Origin: Chloroflexota bacterium
GTDB lineage: Bacteria; Chloroflexota; Dehalococcoidia; Lucifugimonadales; UBA3495
Direction of reading: 5' to 3'
NCBI GenBank assembly: GCA_027623675.1
Contig: JAQBVF010000008.1
Location: forward strand, 32,001 to 96,000
DNA: 64,000 nt
Under the pieces are notes generated by a model. That model was not told the DNA's origin, ran no database searches, and saw nothing but the letters and a program-made list of their open reading frames with translations. The translations under genes and the position numbers were made by a program. Of the stretch, positions 58,861 through 64,000 are shown in pieces; positions within the stretch are counted from its first letter, which is position 1, and every line of letters starts with the position of its first letter.

Positions 58861-59214
58861 CTATCGGTCCGCGGGGCCGGTCAACAGCCGCATGACCGCT
58901 TCGTCGACGGGCACGAAACTGAATCCAGCTTGGTCAGACGCCCGGCGGTCCGTCTCAGTGTCGCCCACATGGTAGTACTCTTCAGCCGGGAAGAGGTCTT
59001 TGACACCCACCAACCGGTGCTTCAGGACTGTGAACTCCACCGCGATGCCATTGTCCCGCCAGATGCGCTGCTGCTCGCTCACCGTTCGGTCGGAGCAACT
59101 GCCGATCAGGTAGCCACTCTCCTGGGCACGGCGCACCATCGCCATGGTGATCCCGCCCGGCGGTTCCCCAACCTCCAGTGTTCCATCTATGTCAAAGCTG
59201 ATCAGTTTCGCCAA
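58861..59214 (-). CDS. Small HAD-family hydrolase
   Basis: FDIDGTL, HVGDTETD. Confidence 0.8.
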   Translation of the reverse strand: MAKLISFDIDGTLEVGEPPGGITMAMVRRAQESGYLIGSCSDRTVSEQQRIWRDNGIAVEFTVLKHRLVGVKDLFPAEEYYHVGDTETDRRASDQAGFSFVPVDEAVMRLLTGPADR

Positions 59215-59417
59215 TGGTCCGCCTGTGTCCCCTAGGGATGTCTTGGATCTATCATCGGGAGGTCCCGACGCTATTGAGGGAGTTAGTCCTCCAATGCCAG
59301 GAACCGAATTTTCTCTTGCGTATCAACCCCGACCCACCCGCGCCCTTCGTTGTACTTTAGGGTACTTTAGGGGAAAGCCAGGACTAATGATTCTGAAGTT
59401 GGCTTAATTGCGGCAGA

Positions 59418-59921
59418 TCAGATCGAATGCTGCCAGGTCGGGCCGCTGTCCGGCTCTCCGGACAGCTTGAAATGGGGGATGCTGATGCCGCCGGGCTCGT
59501 CGTCGAAGATGACTTCGACCCGCTTGCCGATGGCCACGTTCTCCTCTTTCTCTGGGTTCAGGCCGGCGTCTAGGAGATTGGCGATGATGCGGAGACCGTC
59601 GTCGGGCGTGGGGTGGCCGCTCTGTTCGTCCAGCTCCACCAGCACGATGGTGAAGGGCGCCATGTCCTTCAGGGCGGGCACCACGGTATGGGCAACGATC
59701 TGGTAGCTAAAGATAGTCCCCTTGCCGCTCACTTCGGTCCAGTCCCACTCCAAAGATGGGCACCAGGGGCAGCCAGGCCCCGGCTCGCCCCGCAGCAGAC
59801 CGCAGGCGCGGCATTTCTTGACCACCAGTTTGTGCTCGCCGGCGGCCTCGAAGTAGCCCCGGTACTCGCTGTCGTTGTCGGGGATGTCCAGGCGCTGTCC
59901 CCTATATTCGTATACCGCCAT
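59418..59921 (-). CDS. DUF35 zinc-ribbon/OB-fold protein
   Basis: CRACG...CPWC, SGKGTIFSY, LVELDEQ. Confidence 0.9.
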   Translation of the reverse strand: MAVYEYRGQRLDIPDNDSEYRGYFEAAGEHKLVVKKCRACGLLRGEPGPGCPWCPSLEWDWTEVSGKGTIFSYQIVAHTVVPALKDMAPFTIVLVELDEQSGHPTPDDGLRIIANLLDAGLNPEKEENVAIGKRVEVIFDDEPGGISIPHFKLSGEPDSGPTWQHSI

Positions 59922-59923
59922 GG

Positions 59924-61144
59924 TTATCTCCTCATGATGAGAGCGCTGCCCACGGCGGGGGTGCCCCATCCCATATTCATGCTGATCTCGGCGTCTTTCA
60001 CCTGCCGGCAGCCGCCCTCGGAGTAATCGTAGGTGTGCTCGCCATCTGCGGCGTTGGGGCAACAATCGTCCACCGTGCCCCGCAATTGCCGCACGTTCTC
60101 AATGACCATGTTCATACCATGGGTGTAGGCCTCGCAGAGGTGGCCGCCGCTGGTGTTGTTGGGGATCTTGCCGCCAAGATTTATGGCGCCGCTCCGCACG
60201 TAGTCCTTGCCCTCGCCCTTTTTGCACCAGCCGTAATCCTCCAATTGGAGCAGCACGGTGTAGGTGAAGGCGTCGTAGCAGCCGGTAACGTCGATGTCGT
60301 CGTGGGTGACCCCGGCCAGTTCGAAGATGCGCGGGCCCACGTAGTGCCCGGCAACCCTGGTCAGAGGACCGTGCTGGAGATGGAAATCGCCGCCCGGCTT
60401 GGTGCCCCTGCCCTGCGCTCCCAAGATGTGGACCGGCGGCTGGCGCAGGTTCCGGGCACGCTCGGCCGAGGTAACGATCACGCAGGTGGCGTTGTCGGTT
60501 TCCAGGCAGCAGTCCAGCAGATGGGCCACGGGGCGGATGATCCAGCGGGAGTCCAGCACGTCCTGCACCGTCACCCTCTGCTTCATCATCGCCTTGGGGT
60601 TGTTGCTGGCGTGGTTGCTGTGGGCCACCTTGATATGGGCCAGGTCCTCGCTCTTCACCCCGTACTCCGACATATGCTTGGTGAAGTTGAAGGCGAAATT
60701 CTGGACGGCGCTGATCAGCCCATAGGGACGCTTCATCAGTTCCAAGCCAGATATGGCCGAAGCCGCCCTGGCCCCGGTGCCACCGATGCGGAAGTTGGAG
60801 TAGCCGTTCATGGAGCGGAAGATGGCCACGGTGTCGCACATCCCCGCCTCGATGGCCCCCATGGCCAGGCCGATCAGGGCCTCCGAGCTGGAACCTCCGC
60901 CGGAGCAGTCCATGTAGAAGTTGGGCCTCAGACCCAGGTCGTACATGATGGACGTCGATGGCGTGGAATCCCCGCTGTGGTAGCTAAGCATGCCATCCAC
61001 TTCGTGGGAGCCCAGTCCCGCGTCGTCCATGGCCTTCCGGATGGCCTCCGCCCCCATGGCCCTGGTGCTGCGGCCGGAGCCACGGCTGTACTCGGTCTCG
61101 CCGATGCCGACGATGGCGTATTTGCCCCTTAGGCTAGTCTCCAA
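59924..61144 (-). CDS. Thiolase-superfamily protein, SCP-x/Ltp2-like
   Basis: AIVGIGET, NPKA, LLDCCLETD, YDAFT, NTSGGHLCEAY, VRQLRG. Confidence 0.88.
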   Translation of the reverse strand: METSLRGKYAIVGIGETEYSRGSGRSTRAMGAEAIRKAMDDAGLGSHEVDGMLSYHSGDSTPSTSIMYDLGLRPNFYMDCSGGGSSSEALIGLAMGAIEAGMCDTVAIFRSMNGYSNFRIGGTGARAASAISGLELMKRPYGLISAVQNFAFNFTKHMSEYGVKSEDLAHIKVAHSNHASNNPKAMMKQRVTVQDVLDSRWIIRPVAHLLDCCLETDNATCVIVTSAERARNLRQPPVHILGAQGRGTKPGGDFHLQHGPLTRVAGHYVGPRIFELAGVTHDDIDVTGCYDAFTYTVLLQLEDYGWCKKGEGKDYVRSGAINLGGKIPNNTSGGHLCEAYTHGMNMVIENVRQLRGTVDDCCPNAADGEHTYDYSEGGCRQVKDAEISMNMGWGTPAVGSALIMRR

Positions 61145-61244
61145 AACTTCTCCTTGGTCGCGTCGATATAGACGGGAATCTTGAGGCTGGGGGATCGAGC
61201 GGTATTATGGGTCTTGAGCCTTTCTTTGACAATCTAGGAGCAGG

Positions 61245-62471
61245 CTAATCAAATGCCCCGGCGATGGCCATCTCCGCCAGTTCTTCATCGTCCACGCCGA
61301 GTATCTCGCTCAGGACAAAGGTCTGGTCCGCCCCGAACTCGGGCGCTCCCCGGGTCACGCTTCCGGGCGTGCGGGACAATCTATAGGGCGCCCTCTCGAT
61401 GGTCCGCAGCACCCCTTGTGCGTCTGGCACTTCCTGGAACAGCCCCCTTTCCCGCAATTGCGGGTCGTGCTCCGCCAGGTCTTCCCCGGTTTGCGCTACG
61501 CCCGCGGCGATGCCGGCCGCCTGCAAGAGGTGCATCGCTTCCTCCGCGTCCTGCTGCGATGTCCACGACTCAACCAGCGGATCCAGTTCGCCGGCATACT
61601 TGGCCCGAGACTCGGCGCTGCTGAATCGTTGCTTCGAAGCCCATTCGGGAGAGCCGATGGCCCTGGCGAACGCCGTCCATTCATCTTCGGTGAACACCGT
61701 GATGGCCAGCCAGCGGTCCTCGCCCCGGCACCGGTACACGCCGTGGGGAGCGCCGCCGCCGTGGGCCAGACGGTTGCCCGTGCGCTGCACGTCGGCTTGG
61801 TTCGCGCTGAGATCCAGCGTCATCGGCCCCAACAAGGCCGACAAAGCCTCCATCTGGGAGACGTCGATCCACTGGCCCTGGCCGGTGCGCGCCCGCTGCA
61901 GCAACGCCAGCAGGACCGCCTGCGCCCCCGCCATGCCCGCCACGGCATCGCTGTAGGCGCTGGCCGGGCCACTGGGAGCGGAGTCGGGAAAGCCGGTCAG
62001 GTCGGTGAAGCCGGACCAGGCTTGCAGCGTCTGCCCGTAACTGACCCGGTCCTTCCACGGGCCGGTGCGCCCGAACCCAGACATGCTCAGCATGATTATG
62101 TCCGGCTTGATCCGTCGCACGCCTTCGTAGTCCAGGCCCCAGCCAGGCATGACCCGGCCGCTGAAATTCTCGGCCACCACATCGGACACTGCCACCAGTC
62201 TGCGGGCCAACTCTTTCCCGGCATCGGTCTTCATGTTCAACGATATCGACAGCTTGCCAGCATTCCAGTTGTGACGCTGCCCCAGGCCACGGGCCGTGTT
62301 TGACGCCGGGCCTCCGACCACCGACAGGGCCTGGTTGGACTCGACCTTGATTACCTGGGCGCCCTGGTCCGACAGGATGCGGGTCGCGGACGGGCCGGCA
62401 TGTATCCAGGTGAAATCCAGGACCCGGATGCCCCTCAATGCCAGCGGTGAGTCATGCTCTCGGCCGGCCAT
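61245..62471 (-). CDS. Class III CoA-transferase (CaiB/BaiF), Asp-containing subunit
   Basis: RVLDFTWIHAGP, IKVE, NAGKLS, ENF, GFG.TGP, AYSD. Confidence 0.92.
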   Translation of the reverse strand: MAGREHDSPLALRGIRVLDFTWIHAGPSATRILSDQGAQVIKVESNQALSVVGGPASNTARGLGQRHNWNAGKLSISLNMKTDAGKELARRLVAVSDVVAENFSGRVMPGWGLDYEGVRRIKPDIIMLSMSGFGRTGPWKDRVSYGQTLQAWSGFTDLTGFPDSAPSGPASAYSDAVAGMAGAQAVLLALLQRARTGQGQWIDVSQMEALSALLGPMTLDLSANQADVQRTGNRLAHGGGAPHGVYRCRGEDRWLAITVFTEDEWTAFARAIGSPEWASKQRFSSAESRAKYAGELDPLVESWTSQQDAEEAMHLLQAAGIAAGVAQTGEDLAEHDPQLRERGLFQEVPDAQGVLRTIERAPYRLSRTPGSVTRGAPEFGADQTFVLSEILGVDDEELAEMAIAGAFD

Positions 62472-62472
62472 C

Positions 62473-63696
62473 TCAGACCACACCCGTGTCTTTCAGGTGT
62501 TGGTATTCTTCGTCCGAAAGGCCCAATTCTTCGCAGTAGACCTGCCGGTTGTGCTGGCCGACGCTGGGGGCGGGCGCACCGAACCGCCAGCCGTCTCCCG
62601 ACAGCTTGTAAGGGGCACCTGGATACACCAACTTCCCGCCGCCGTCTTCCACCTCGAGATAGAACCCGCGGTCCCAGAGCTGCTCGTTGTCCAGCAGCTC
62701 GGAGGCGGTGGATACCGGCCCCCAGGGATGATGGTTGGCCTGGCCCCGATCGGTGATCTCCTTGCGGGTGTGGGTCTTGGTCCAAGCCTCCACCAGCCCT
62801 TCGATGTGACTGGACAGGTCGCCGCGAAGGATGAAACGGTCGTCGTACTGCTCGTCCATCAGGTCGCCGGCCATCCCGTCACGAGCCATCCAGGCCCGCA
62901 GGTCGTCCCAGGCCTTCTGGGTGTTGGTCGTAATGCTGACGTAGCCGTCACGGCAGGGCCAGGTGGCCACGAATTGGCCACCGTGCCGGAACCCGCAGCG
63001 GACGGCAGACTCCCCGGTGTAGTTGTAGGTGGTGTTGACGTGCTCGGTGGTGGCGGCCACGGACTCCTGCATGGACACGTCCACGTACTGCCCTAGTCCC
63101 GTGGCCAGCCGGTGGTAGAGGGCGATCAGGATGCCGATGAACGCCCGGTTGGAAGTGGTTTGATACGCCTGCAGACCCCATAGCTTGTTGGGCGGAGTGT
63201 GGGACCAGCCGGTGGGGTACAAGTAGCCGCCCATGGCGAAGCCGGTCAGGTCGCTGGCCCGGTAATCACGGTAGGGCCCGGTCTGACCGTACGGAGTCAA
63301 AGAAGCATAGACCAAGCCCGGATTCGTTTCGCTTAGTTGCCCGTACCCCAGGTCCAACGACTCCAGGTAACCCGGCTGGAATGATTCCACCAGAACATCA
63401 GACCGAGCGGCCAATCTCCGGAGCATCACTCCTCCGGCATCGGACGCGATGTCCAGGGTTATGCCGCGTTTGTTGGTGTTGTAATGCCGCCAGTCAAGGC
63501 TGTTCTCAGGCGGTGCCGCGCCTTCCAGGAAAGGACCGATGCGGCGCATGGGGTCGCCGCCCAACGGTTCCACCTTGATGACGTCGGCGCCCACGTCGGC
63601 CAGCAGCTTCCCGCAGTAGACGCCCGATTCGCCCGACAGGTCCAAGACCCGGATACCCGTCAGCGGCTGGGCGTCGTTTCCGCCTGGTCCGGGCAA
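62473..63696 (-). CDS. Class III CoA-transferase (CaiB/BaiF), subunit lacking the catalytic Asp
   Basis: RVLDL, IKVEP.GGD..R, NTNKR, PYGQTGPY; start uncertain. Confidence 0.9.
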   Translation of the reverse strand: MPGPGGNDAQPLTGIRVLDLSGESGVYCGKLLADVGADVIKVEPLGGDPMRRIGPFLEGAAPPENSLDWRHYNTNKRGITLDIASDAGGVMLRRLAARSDVLVESFQPGYLESLDLGYGQLSETNPGLVYASLTPYGQTGPYRDYRASDLTGFAMGGYLYPTGWSHTPPNKLWGLQAYQTTSNRAFIGILIALYHRLATGLGQYVDVSMQESVAATTEHVNTTYNYTGESAVRCGFRHGGQFVATWPCRDGYVSITTNTQKAWDDLRAWMARDGMAGDLMDEQYDDRFILRGDLSSHIEGLVEAWTKTHTRKEITDRGQANHHPWGPVSTASELLDNEQLWDRGFYLEVEDGGGKLVYPGAPYKLSGDGWRFGAPAPSVGQHNRQVYCEELGLSDEEYQHLKDTGVV

Positions 63697-63697
63697 C

Positions 63698-64000
63698 CTA
63701 GGCCGTGCGTGGACCCAGGTTTTTCTGCAGGTCGGCAATGGTCTGGTCGCGGGTCTTCTTCTGCCACCGCACCCGCTGGTTGATGGGCGTGTTCTCGACC
63801 TCGGGCGCCACCTTCATGGTCACAAAGACCGGGCCGGGCTGGCTGAGTATCTGCTCGATGTTGTTGGTGAAATCTTCCAGGTTGTCGAAGGCATAGGTCG
63901 AAGGGTATCCCGACCCTTTGGCGATGACATCGTATTGAACGTTCTTGGCGTTGGGCACGGGCTGGCCGCCGGTGGTGGCGTACACCTCGTTGTCCAGCAC
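63698..64000 (-). CDS. ThDP-dependent decarboxylase beta-type (sulfopyruvate/phosphonopyruvate decarboxylase-like), C-terminal part, cut by window edge
   Basis: LDNEVYATTGGQP, IAKGSGY, GPVFV. Confidence 0.75.
   Translation of the reverse strand: MLDNEVYATTGGQPVPNAKNVQYDVIAKGSGYPSTYAFDNLEDFTNNIEQILSQPGPVFVTMKVAPEVENTPINQRVRWQKKTRDQTIADLQKNLGPRTA

Noticed and set aside
1..64000. Selenoprotein with in-frame UGA, prompted by selC
   Set aside because: The recognised genes appear complete, and their TGA stops fall at natural C-termini rather than Cys-equivalent sites; very small ORFs were not exhaustively checked.

Overview
GC-rich bacterial chromosomal segment. The gene content (LLM/F420-type oxidoreductases, class III CoA-transferases, ThDP enzymes, tandem ThyX, 2-oxoacid:ferredoxin oxidoreductase, Pro/Thr-rich lipoproteins) suggests a Chloroflexota/Dehalococcoidia (SAR202-like) organism; this is inference. 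There are about 60 protein genes, mostly catabolic or central metabolism, plus tatA/tatB/tatC, trxA, an ECF sigma/anti-sigma pair, tRNA-Sec (selC), a REP-like repeat cluster and several terminators. No CRISPR array, integrase or transposase was seen. The most notable observations are: (1) a DUF4242 / nucleotidyl cyclase-TPR-LuxR / DUF4242 module with a candidate operator; (2) an in-frame RlmD-Maf fusion joining an m5U writer to a modified-NTP sanitiser; (3) a CHAT-STAND-TPR NLR-like protein lacking both CHAT catalytic residues; (4) an E2 acyltransferase paired with an acetolactate-synthase-like ThDP enzyme with no canonical E1 in the window; (5) a tRNA-Sec with a non-canonical acceptor/T-stem junction; (6) a 6S-like structured RNA candidate; (7) an Ltp2-like aldolase/DUF35 plus heteromeric CoA-transferase cluster. 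Two genes are split by 1-nt indels in G/C runs, which may be assembly errors. All family calls come from motif recognition by eye; no database searches were run.
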